A stretch of 32,104 nt of DNA, from the NCBI GenBank assembly GCA_964016885.1, contig CAXHJY010000638.1, positions 1-32,104 of the forward strand, given 5' to 3'. Position numbers and translations under genes: made by a program. Shown in pieces: positions 19,711 to 31,494 of the stretch. This DNA is from Eledone cirrhosa. Lineage: Eukaryota. The first letter of the stretch is position 1. Every line of letters begins with the position of its first letter. The notes under the pieces were generated by a model that saw nothing but the letters and a program-made list of their open reading frames with translations, ran no database searches and had not been told where the DNA came from.

Positions 19711-20896
19711 TATTCGGTAAACAATCAAACAGTTTCCATCTAGTTCCTGAAATTCATTCACAAGGCATGTATGGAAATAAAGGTATAGTAAATGATATTG
19801 CCGAATATACTCTACAGTGGGATCTCCCGGGGAAAATAACGATTGCGAAGCTTTATTATTTGATCTTAATGCATCCACAATGTAGAACGATGGTATATAT
19901 TATAGTTTGTGCACACATGTTACACATTACACAATGCTTTTCTTCCGATTCGTATATATCAACCTCCATCCTTCTCTCTTTCTTTTTAACACTTCTTAAA
20001 ATATCTAATTAGCCCCATTTGGAATTTATTAACTAGATATATCATTTTATCACAACACGTATATAGATTTATACACTGATAATAATTAAATTCTAATTAA
20101 TTATTTTGAATCTCATAGCGGCGAACGCTTATGATTTGAAAGAAAAGAATTCGTGTATTTCATTAATATATATTTTATTCTAGACTTACGGTGAAATTTA
20201 CTCTCAGGATAATAAATAATTATTATATAAATACATTTCATTAATTAAAGATATTCGTATCGTAATTTTGCATCAGTATTAATAAAAGGATTGAATACAT
20301 ATGTATAGTTCAAAATCCATCTTTAATGTAATATACTTATAAGGTTAATGGAAATAAATCTTACATAAAATAGGAATAATTCATTGATAAAATGCTCCCA
20401 TGGATCAAATCAATACTTATTATTAGTTCGATAAATATCTAGTCAATCGGAAATAGAGGAAGAATAAAAGCATACATTTAAAACATTTAATATCACAATA
20501 TTTACCAAAGAAGCAATGAATATGATCAAAAATATATTTGCGGGGGGACAATATATTGAAATACTTCAAAAAGTGTAGTCATGAAAGTAAAATACATTGA
20601 TAAAAAAAACAGGTTTGGGTATATATAAGACAATAAGATAACTGATGCTCTTCTGTACTTATTTCAAAGGAGCAGAAATTAATTGCAACATATAAATATG
20701 TTTATATATATATTTATTGCCTGAAAGTATGGTTGTAATCAGGAAAGAAAAAACTCTCAATATATAATCATAGAGATAAACATATGTTTAAAGTTTGAAT
20801 GTGCTTTTCTGAAGGCTGAAGTACGAAGTATATAAAGTTGCTTCGCGAAAACTGGACAGCGTAAGAAGGTTTACGCAAGTTTGCCATGTATTTCAT

Positions 20897-20948
<52 letters not shown>

Positions 20949-20952
20949 CAAA

Positions 20953-21092
20953 AGTGGCATTAACAGGTACTCAAATTTCGTAGGGTTTTGGGCCCCAACC
21001 CATTCAGCATGTCATGAGATTATTTTTCTCATGGCAGGTTGAATGAGTTGGGAGCAGAACCCAACAAAACATGAGTAGCTGTTTATGCCACT
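20953..21092. mobile_element. 140 bp diverged palindromic MITE-like element
   Basis: Arms agtggcattaacaggtactca...cccaacccattcagcatgtcatgaga / tctcatggcaggttgaatgagttggg...tgagtagctgtttatgccact, with about a dozen mismatches and a short loop. It lies next to (TA)n at 20902-20945. Confidence 0.75.
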
Positions 21093-21169
21093 GTTATAAT
21101 TATTTATACAAAACTCATCCTATGGACTGACTGCTCTTACTCATGGATATTTACACTTAAATTTTATTG

Positions 21170-21228
<59 letters not shown>

Positions 21229-21405
21229 CGGGTATGTGTGTGAAGCAATATATCACTAGCGGTCGATTTATGAGAGGGGACGACAGTATATATTTGCTCA
21301 TTTTCCTGACTTCGTCCATACTTATTCATTTGCATGTATTTAGCCACGCGGGGCTCGTTTTTCAGATTGATATGATTTATCTCACACCTCCCTGTTCGTC
21401 TATCT

Positions 21406-21442
21406 TTCTTCTTCTTCTTCTTCTTCTTCTTCTTCTTCTTCT

Positions 21443-21489
<47 letters not shown>

Positions 21490-21630
21490 TTCTTCTTCTT
21501 CTTCTTCTTCTTCTTCTTCTTCTTCTTCTTCTTCTTCTTCTTCTTCTTCTTCTTCTTCTTCTTCTTCTTCTTCTTCTTCTTCTTCTTCTTCTTCTTCTTC
21601 TTCTTCTTCTTCTTCTTCTTCTTCTTCTTC
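21406..21630. repeat. Compound trinucleotide repeat (CTT)~12(CGT)15(CTT)~47
   Basis: Read directly. It is the source of the poly-L and poly-R ORFs. Confidence 0.97.
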
Positions 21631-21835
21631 TCTGCTGGTTGAGTCTCTCTTTTTCGGATATTAGCGTTTGCATATTCTCTATATCTTCTCCTTTGTCTTA
21701 TCCAATCGTTCTGGTGGCCTATACAATATATTTTCAGATGCGATCATGGGTTACGGGCAAATTTGCACTTATTTGTAAATTGTAGGTAAGGCTACCGTCT
21801 TGTATTTTATGCATTCGTTACTATGATATATGCAT

Positions 21836-22020
21836 GGGTTGGCAGTATCGGTAGAGGGTCGGATGCCATGCTTTGCAGCAAAGAGTTACAGCCCTTTATG
21901 GTCTGAGTTCAAATCCCGCGGAGGTTAACCCTGTCTTTCATCCTTACGGGATCATAAAATAAGTACCAGTAATACACTGGAATAATTGCTGGCCCTGTGC
22001 CAAAAGTAGAAACAATTATT
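21836..22020 (+). mobile_element. tRNA-derived SINE (Meta-domain-like core)
   Basis: A-box-like tggcagtatcgg, B-box-like gagttcaaatccc, core ctttcatccttacgggatcataaaataagtaccag, and tail aattgctggccctgtgccaaaagtagaaacaattatt. Confidence 0.85.
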
Positions 22021-23378
22021 TGAAAATAGTCGTTAAGACTATCGTCTTGTCCATTTGTTATTGTTCCTTGTGCCCTATATCCAGTAGTATTGACCTTAAA
22101 GCACCGAAACTACGTATCTACAGCGGCTAACTAATGAGATGGGACTACTTTTTGTATTCGTTCATTTTCTTCTTTTCGCCCATATTACATAAGGGTTAAA
22201 ACACACGTGTGTATTTAGTCAGACATTTTGGATATACATGTACACATGCTTGTTGTTTGCCCTTTACAGAAATTGACCCCTGCTTGCACGTACCTAGTTT
22301 GAGAAATTAAATGACATTTGAGCCCTGAAATGTATTTGAAGAACTGACTATAAATATTGCAGCAGTGTCTCATTTCGTGTTTGGCTCCATTCACCGCTTG
22401 TCTATTATGAATGTTCAAGTGTCACTGCAATCCTATATGTAACCTGCAGGGTTTTTAGCAAATATGGTATAATAACTGGTCATCTGGAATGATGACCAGT
22501 TGGGATATGTATGTTGTTGGGCTTAACAAACATATAATTAAAGAATCTAAACTATAATAAAGTAAGGAGTGCGGGACTGCGTATGGTTTATAATGTGTTA
22601 TCCCATTAGTAAAATAAGTTGGATTACTTTGAATAAATAATGTTACATAATTTATCTACTAAATTTCGTAGCGGTTGATTAAATATATTTTATTGTTTAT
22701 TTAAAGATTCACTTCTTTAAAATGTTCAAATGTCAACACTTCCGGATAGTGATCACTTAAATAAACATTCATATATTTCCGTCACTAATTTTCGCCTACT
22801 GCAGTTTATATATACTATCTTCTTTTTTTAATGTATCATGGATTAGGTTACTGATTACAAAAGACAGTGTAACACAGTCTTCGTTTAATTTCTGTGTATA
22901 TTGTCAATTACGATGTTATTTGATGCATTATATCTACATGTATATATATTTGCGTATAATATCAATATGCACACTACACATTCTAACAGAAAAGCACCCT
23001 TCAGGTGGTTTTTCTGCTAGTAAAAATAATTCCCAACGAAATTGCTACTACTCTCATTTTTACGAACTTTCCTTTTCGCTCCAATTTGCAGCGCACCGTA
23101 ATCATCTAACAGCCGCAAGTGATTCCAAATTTCTATAACATAATTTAAGGCATTTCAAATCTGATTATAAAAAGTGTTTGTATGGTAACTTCGGCTTATT
23201 ATTGTTTATTTACCCCAGCATAATCTCGCCATGTAAAAATTAGTATCGTAGTTGATCTCAAATTTCAAATAACCATGGCTTGGATGGAGATGATCCTAGA
23301 TTCAGTGATATTTACAGCGTCGTACATACATATATTCACATATAAGAGTATCTCATCGGGTAATGGAATTGAGATGAG

Positions 23379-23383
<5 letters not shown>

Positions 23384-23463
<80 letters not shown>

Positions 23464-23530
23464 TATATGTATATATATTTTGAGTATATATAAATTATTA
23501 TATATATATCTGTATATGTATATATATGTA
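23384..23530. repeat. Pure (TA)n tract with a degenerate tail
   Basis: Uninterrupted TA at 23384-23460, followed by variants. Confidence 0.95.
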
Positions 23531-23651
23531 TTTAAGAGTAAACAATAGCACCACTGACGGTGTTGAAGATGTGCAACGAAAGAACTTTGAAAAACTATAT
23601 ATATGTGTTTGTGTCTATATTGTATCTGTATTATTTTTGACCATTGGTCAG

Positions 23652-23732
23652 TCAATGGCAACATTGAGGACCGAATAAATTGGATTACCGATATAAAAGA
23701 CACAGAAGCGAAAAGCGAAAACCAACCAAACA
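23652..23732 (+). other. Candidate 81 nt symmetric internal exon (unverified)
   Basis: CAG acceptor at 23649-23651 and GTGAGT donor at 23733. Open in phase 1-1 (NGNIEDRINWITDIKDTEAKSENQPN). The polypyrimidine tract is weak and I recognise no homology. Confidence 0.2.
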
Positions 23733-23792
23733 GTGAGTGTGTTCTGTTATTAATTCTGGCAATATTACACACATATGACCCTCCCCATGTAT

Positions 23793-23835
<43 letters not shown>

Positions 23836-24836
23836 GTCTGTATTTGTATGCGTACATATGTAAATATTTACATATAACTACTTATGTATATTACCTGTTT
23901 TCATAAATGCCACTTACCACAGCCTTCAATGTGTTTACATGCATATATATATGCATTATGACCTAGGGATATATGCTATGTCCGTGTGCACATAGATATC
24001 ATTAATGTTGAATGCTGCTTCAATAACCACATGAGGTTATATGATGCATACTCTATTATGAAAATATGAGCAGCGGTGGAGTTTAAAAGCGGTTGTAAGT
24101 TGAAAAAAGGTTAACAGTGATATTATCGCCGTTCCTTCATCCAAAAAAATATAGTGCAATGCTACTATAGCTATAACACGTTGAACAATGATAAGTGCAG
24201 TCGCAATCGATATATTTGCTATCAGAAAATCCTTGTGAAAGACAAAATAAGAAGGCTTTTCGGATGAATGTAAACCAATGGTGTAATATCTAGCTTGTTT
24301 AGCTTGTTATAGGAATAGTTTTAAATAATATAATACACACAAGAAGGAATGATCAACTGTAAATGTTGTCATGAACAGTATCTATATGTATAGTTTGATA
24401 ATCCTATTCTCTTTCAAGGGCAGGACGGAAAGTTGTGTTTAAATTATAACACTTAAAATCATCATATATACGCAATATCTATATAAACATATTCATATGC
24501 ATATAGACTAATATAGCACAAACAACTATACTTCGTTTGTTTTTCATGACGTTTAGCTACTTTTAAAAACCTTTGTCATGGGAACACAAATACGATTTAT
24601 ATATAAATAAAATAACAGGAGGCTGGACTGTATAATAATCCTTGAAAGGTTTATTATACAATGATCATTTCAATGACCGGGTTCCATATGAATCCTGTCA
24701 TATCATCAGCTATTCGAAATATAACAAGGGAATATGTAAAAAAACATGGGTCCGAAAAATCAGAGACAGAGAGGACGACTGACCAATTAACTACTTTCAC
24801 CTCGGCCAGTCGCCCTCAAAGTGATGGAAACTCAGT

Positions 24837-25463
24837 CTACTAATGACCATCTGGTGAGGGGGCGAAGGCTTATAATGCACTACCACCTCTCTGTCAAAGA
24901 ATAAAAAAGGGGAAGAAAGAAAGAAAGGAAGAAAGAAGAAAAAAAGAAAGAAAGAAGTCAGCGTAAGGGCCACACAACAGTCATGCTAGAAAACACCGCG
25001 AAAAATGTTATTCCAAAGAATCTATATTTTAACAAAGGCATATATAATGGGTGTCTGTATGGTCAAATGTGTGAACAGAAAATTGGAACGTTAAACTTAT
25101 GTTACGAGTTATAGGATGAAATTAAATTAAAAAAATAATAAGTTGAAAAATTATAAATTGAAAAATAAATTAAAAAAACAAATTAAAAAAATTATTAGAA
25201 AATTAAAAGTTAAGGTAGCGAGATTTATTTAATGAACTTAGAGAGAGAGTCTTATATGAAAAAGTTAATCTCGATAAGATATCAGGGCTGGATATAGAGT
25301 AATGATTAAAGCCTTCGATTGTGAATCCCAGCCAGCACCTACTAACCACGTATCAGGAGGTTTCGAGTGGTATCGTCCAGCGAAAGAATTGGCAATTAAT
25401 TTTTCCGAGTACTCTAGGAACGTAGCTACGTTAGGCACCGGGGCCTAAGGTAGCTACGTTCCT
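24837..25463 (-). mobile_element. Unclassified interspersed repeat, copy 2, ending in a 48 bp palindrome
   Basis: Reverse-complement homolog of 8541-9079. Terminal palindrome aggaacgtagctacgttaggc-accggg-gcctaaggtagctacgttcct at 25416-25463. Confidence 0.85.
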
Positions 25464-25595
25464 GTCTCTGATTTTTCGGACACATGATTTTATACATATT
25501 CCTTTGTTATATTTCGAATACCTGATGATATCACCGATATTAGGGAACACGGTCATTGAAATGATCATAGTATAATAAACCTTTCTCGGCTCCTT

Positions 25596-25673
25596 TATAT
25601 ATAATATATATATATAAATATATTATATATATACATATATATATTTATATATAATATATATATATAAATATAT

Positions 25674-25728
<55 letters not shown>

Positions 25729-25888
25729 TTATATATAATATATATATATATATAAATATATTATATATATATATATATATATTTATATATAATATATATA
25801 TATAAATATATTATATATATATATATATATATAAATATATTATATATATATATATAAATATATTATATATATATATATATATATATAA

Positions 25889-25926
<38 letters not shown>

Positions 25927-26066
25927 TATTATATATATATATATATAAATATATTATATATATATATATAATATATATAATATATATATATAAATATATT
26001 ATATATATATATATATATTCTGTATATATATATATAATATATATATTATATAATATATATATATAA

Positions 26067-26097
<31 letters not shown>

Positions 26098-26284
26098 TCA
26101 GTATATATATATATATATATAATATATATTATATAATATATATATATAAATATATTATATATATATATATATATTCTGTATATATATATATATATATAAT
26201 ATATATAATATATATTATATAATATAAATATATTATATATATATATATATATTCTGTATATATATATATATATAATATATATAA

Positions 26285-26316
<32 letters not shown>

Positions 26317-26407
26317 TCTGTATATATATATAATATATATAATATATAATATATATATATAAATATATTATATATATATATATATTCTGTATATATATAT
26401 AATATAT

Positions 26408-26485
<78 letters not shown>
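25596..26485. repeat. (TA)n-derived satellite with repeated TAAATATATTA and TATTCTGTA motifs
   Basis: The unit (TA)n-taaatatatta repeats from ~25615. A larger unit containing ttctg recurs at ~26018, 26174, 26252, 26316, 26385 and 26409. Confidence 0.93.
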
Positions 26486-26487
<2 letters not shown>

Positions 26488-26637
26488 AGGAAGTTATAGT
26501 TCACTTGAAACATTGTGTAATGAGGTATAACCGTTGTATATGTATAATAAAGCCAAAACAATGCAGGTATGGACATAGAATAAAGAATGCAAATGCAAAA
26601 GATATTGTTGACAATTAGTCTTATATTTATATATATG

Positions 26638-26683
<46 letters not shown>

Positions 26684-26724
26684 CAAAAATTACCAGCTGT
26701 CTTGTTGCATTTAGGTCTAAAAAT

Positions 26725-26861
26725 TGAAGAATTAGAAATAGAGGTTAGGAATATCCATCATCAGTTGTCTACTAGACATCATAGGTATTGCGAAGAAATA
26801 CCTATGGTGTCTAGTAGACAATTGATGATGGATATTCCTAACTTCTATTTCTAATTCTTCA
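26725..26861. mobile_element. 137 bp near-perfect palindromic MITE-like element
   Basis: 65 bp arms tgaagaattagaaatagagg...ataggtatt / aatacctat...ctatttctaattcttca with three mismatches and the loop gcgaaga. Confidence 0.8.
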
Positions 26862-27031
26862 TTTTCTCTCTCTCTCTCTCTCTCTCTTATATATATATAT
26901 ATATGTATGTAAAAGGTAAAAACAAATAACAAAAAGCAAAGGTAAAAAACAAATAACAACACAATCGGTACAGTATATGGAAGGTATATATTAGGTTAAC
27001 GTTTGATATAGCAGGAAGAGGGTCGTTGTGT

Positions 27032-27156
27032 TATATATTCTATATATATTCTATATATATATATATATATTCTATATATATATATATTCTATATATATAT
27101 ATTCTATATATATATATATTCTATATATATTCTATATATATATATATTCTATATAT

Positions 27157-27187
<31 letters not shown>
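27032..27187 (+). repeat. (TA)nTTC satellite
   Basis: Repeated tatatattc. This is the reverse complement of the gaatatata satellite to the right of 29140. Confidence 0.93.
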
Positions 27188-27273
27188 GTAGGAGGTGAGT
27201 TTAATTGTAGTACAATAAAGCAATGCAGATATCGGATAAGAAGCACTCTACAGTTTGTAGGACTGGAATATAC

Positions 27274-29041
27274 ATAATATAAGATCAAAAGATGGTTAAA
27301 GGAGTTCCATGTATTTTATTATGCGCATTTCAAAAACAAACATCATCATGCAATAATATTTGTGTTTTCATCAGATAAAACAGGAGAACATGATATGAAG
27401 GCTAAAAAACACTTGTGGATAGTGCAGTTTTAAATCAACATATGAAAAGTGGTTTTAGATTGATGTGTGATATTGGGAAAAATATTTTATTTAGAGAGGG
27501 GGGGGGGTGGAAGGATGAAAAAGGGGAGGAGATAAGAGGGAGAGATGGGTGATAGAGAGAAAGAGATAGTTTTTATAACTGAGAGAAGATATATTGTTTT
27601 ACATAGAGAGGTTGAAAACCGTTAGAAGATAATGTATAAATTAAAAGAATTTGAAAATTAACGAAGGGAAGATATGTATGAGGAAAAAATATTTTATTTA
27701 GGGAGGGGGGGTGGAAAGGATGAAAAAAAGGGGGAGGAGATGAGAGTGAAGGTGGAGAGGGAGAGATGGGTGATAGAGAGAAAGAGATAGTTTTTATAAC
27801 TGAGAAAAGATATATTGTTTTACATAGAGAGGTTGAGAACCGTTGGAAGATAATGTATAAATTAAAAGAATTGTATATAACTGTATACTTTTCACAAAGT
27901 ATACAGTTAATATTCAATTCTTTATCAATTTAGAATCTTTTCTCAAAGGCACATATACATACACCTCTTTAAAATATACCCATCTTCTACCTTACTTCAA
28001 AGGGCATTATACACTCTATAATACTTGTTTACTCATTACCCACTTTCTATCTTCACATTTTAAATCCTTCATAACATATACATTTGTTTTTTTGACGTTA
28101 GAATATTCATCCGCAATTATTATTATTTTTTCTCTCTATCATAAAACTTTTTAATCTCAATTTCATCCTTAATTTATTATTTTTTTTCTCCCCATCAACG
28201 AACTCATTCTTAATACATATTAACTCTTTATTCGCACATATCAATTCCTTCAATATACAAACTTTAACTTCACATTATTTTTCTCAAATCCTTCTACACA
28301 CAAACCTTAATAATTTTTTCTCTTCGTTAATTTTGAAATTGCCACAATACTTATCAACATACACTTTTTTTGACGTTAGAATATTCATCCACAATTATTA
28401 TTTTTTCTCTCTATCTTCATACATAAATTCCCTTCGTTAATTTTCAAATTCTTTTAATTTATACATTATCTTCCAACGGTTCTCAACCTCTCTATGTAAA
28501 ACAATATATCTTTTCTCGGTTATAAAAACTATCTCTTTCTCTCTATCACCCATCTCTCCCTCTCCACCTTCACTCTCATCTCCTCCCCCCTTTTTTTCAT
28601 CCTTCCCCCCCCACCCCTCCCTAAATAAAATATTTTTTCCTCATACATATCTTCCCTTCGTTAATTTTCAAATTATTTTAATATTCATACATTATCTTCC
28701 AACGGTTTTCAACCTCTCTATGTAAAACAATATATCTTGTCTCAGTTATAAAAATTATCTCTTTCTCTCTATCACCCATCTCTCCCTCTCATCTCCTCCC
28801 TTTTTTCATCCTTTCCACCCCCCCTCTCTAAATAAAATATTTTTCCCAATATCACACATCAATCTGAAACCACTTTTCATATGTTGATTTAAAACTGCAC
28901 TATCCACAAGTGTTTTTTAGCCTTCATATCATGTTCTCCCTGTTTTATCTGATGAAAACACAAATATTATTGCATGATGATGTTTGTTTTTGAAATGCGC
29001 ATAATAAAATACATGGAACTCCTTTAACCATCTTTTGATCT

Positions 29042-29049
<8 letters not shown>
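27274..29049. mobile_element. Non-autonomous Foldback-like element (~1.78 kb) with ~600 bp inverted arms containing internal tandem repeats
   Basis: Left arm 27274-27872 and right arm 28447-29049 are near-identical reverse complements (ataatataagatcaaaagatggttaaaggagttccatg... / ...catggaactcctttaaccatcttttgatcttatattat). Each arm holds two copies of a ~200 bp purine-rich unit. The ~575 bp spacer has no ORF. Confidence 0.85.
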
Positions 29050-29110
<61 letters not shown>

Positions 29111-29390
29111 TCTATATATAATATATTCTATATATATATATAGAATATACATAGAATATATATATTTATATACTATATATATTTATATATATAGAATATA
29201 TATAGAATATATATATATAGAATATATATATATAGAATATATATATATATAGAATATATATAGAATATATATATAGAATATATATATATATAGAATATAT
29301 ATATATATATAGAATATATATAGAATATATATATAGAATATATATATATATATATAGAATATATATATATATATATATAGAATATATATG
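29050..29390. repeat. (TA)nTTC switching to (TA)nGAA satellite
   Basis: ttcta units at 29081-29130, then tagaa units from 29141. Confidence 0.93.
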
Positions 29391-29460
29391 TGTGAATGAA
29401 GTAATTCCATCGGAAAAGTCCAGGAAAAAAGAGTGCTCTATGTAAGCAACAGAGCTTAAT

Positions 29461-29644
29461 TATTATTATTATGTAATAAACAACATAAGGCAATTATTCC
29501 ATTTACCAGTGGTTTTTAGAATCCATATTCAATAAACAAACCAGGATTTTTCATTCTGAGGATTGAAAGCAAAACCTTTTGCTTTTAAGAAACCACTGGT
29601 AAATGGAATAATTGCCTTATGTTGTTTATTACATAATAATAATA
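29461..29644. mobile_element. 184 bp MITE with perfect 55 bp terminal inverted repeats
   Basis: 29461-29515 (tattattattatgtaataaacaacataaggcaattattccatttaccagtggttt) is the exact reverse complement of 29590-29644. The spacer is 74 bp. Confidence 0.85.
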
Positions 29645-29777
29645 TATATAGAATATATATAGAATATATATATATATAGAATATATATATATATATAGAA
29701 TATATATATATAGAGAGAGAATATATATATATAGAATAAATATATATATATATATAGAATATATATATATAGAGAGA

Positions 29778-29853
<76 letters not shown>

Positions 29854-30409
29854 TATATATATATAGAATATATATAGAGAGAGAATATATATAGAATATA
29901 TATATATATATATATAGAATATATATATATATATATATAGAATATATATATATATATATATAGAATATATATATATATATATATAGAATATATATATATA
30001 TATATATAGAGAGATAAATATAGAATATGTATAGAATATATATAGAATATATATAGAATATATATATATAGAATATATATAGAATATATATAGAATATAT
30101 AGAATATATATATATAGAATAAATATAGAATATATATATATATAGAATATATATAGAATATATATATAGAATATATATTGAATATTATATATAGATTAAA
30201 TATATAATATAAATATATATATAGAATATATATAGAATATAATATATATATAGAATATATAGAATATAAATATATATATATAGAATAAATATAGAATATA
30301 AATATATATATAGCATATATATAGAATATAAATATATAATATATAGAATAAATATAGAATATATATATATATATAGAATATCTATAGAATATATATATAT
30401 ATATAGAAT

Positions 30410-30466
<57 letters not shown>

Positions 30467-31309
30467 AATATAGAATATGTATAGAATATATATATATAGA
30501 ATATATATAGAATATACATATATAGAATATAAATTATTATATATAGAATATATATATATAGAATATATATAGAATATATATATATATATAGAATATATAT
30601 AGAATATATATATAGAGAATAAATATAGAATATATATATATATATAGAATATATATAGAATATATATATATATATAGAATATATTTAGTATATATATATA
30701 TATAGAGAATAAATATAGAATATATATATATATATAGAATATATATAGAATATATATATATATATAGAATAAATATAGAATATATATATATATATATAGA
30801 ATATATATAGAATATATATATATATAGAATAAATATAGAATATAAATATATATATAGAATAAATATAGAATATAAATATATATATAGAATATATATAGAA
30901 TATATATATATATATATAGAATAAATATAGAATATATATATATATATAGAATATCTATAGAATATATATATATATATAGAATATATATAGAATATATATA
31001 TATATATATAGAATTTATATAGAATAAAAATATATATATATAGAATTTATATAGAATATATATATATATAAATATAGAATATATATAGAATAAATATATA
31101 TATATAGAATTTATATAGAATAAATATATATATATAGAATATATATAGTATATATATAGAATATATATAGTATATATATAGAATATATATAGTATATATA
31201 TAGAATATATATAGTATATATCTAGAATATATATATATATATAGAATATATAGAGGATATATATATATATATTCTACATATATATATATCTATATTCTAT
31301 ATATATATA

Positions 31310-31358
<49 letters not shown>

Positions 31359-31412
31359 ATATATATTCTATATATATATATATATATATATAGTATATAG
31401 AATATATATATA

Positions 31413-31494
<82 letters not shown>

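Noticed and set aside
19572-20012. 146 aa ORF, the longest outside simple repeats
   Set aside because: It has a non-ATG start, its first third overlaps an antisense SINE fragment, and I recognise no domain.
21210-21785. 191 aa poly-Leu/Arg ORF and the antisense poly-Arg ORF
   Set aside because: Both arise from the CTT/CGT microsatellite, and the flanks are not protein-like.
9080-24836. Intact Maverick/Polinton or other autonomous element between the inverted repeats
   Set aside because: No coding capacity. The interior is ordinary SINE- and microsatellite-containing DNA.
24661-24843. 60 aa ATG-initiated ORF
   Set aside because: Short, no recognisable motif, and its end runs into the interspersed repeat.
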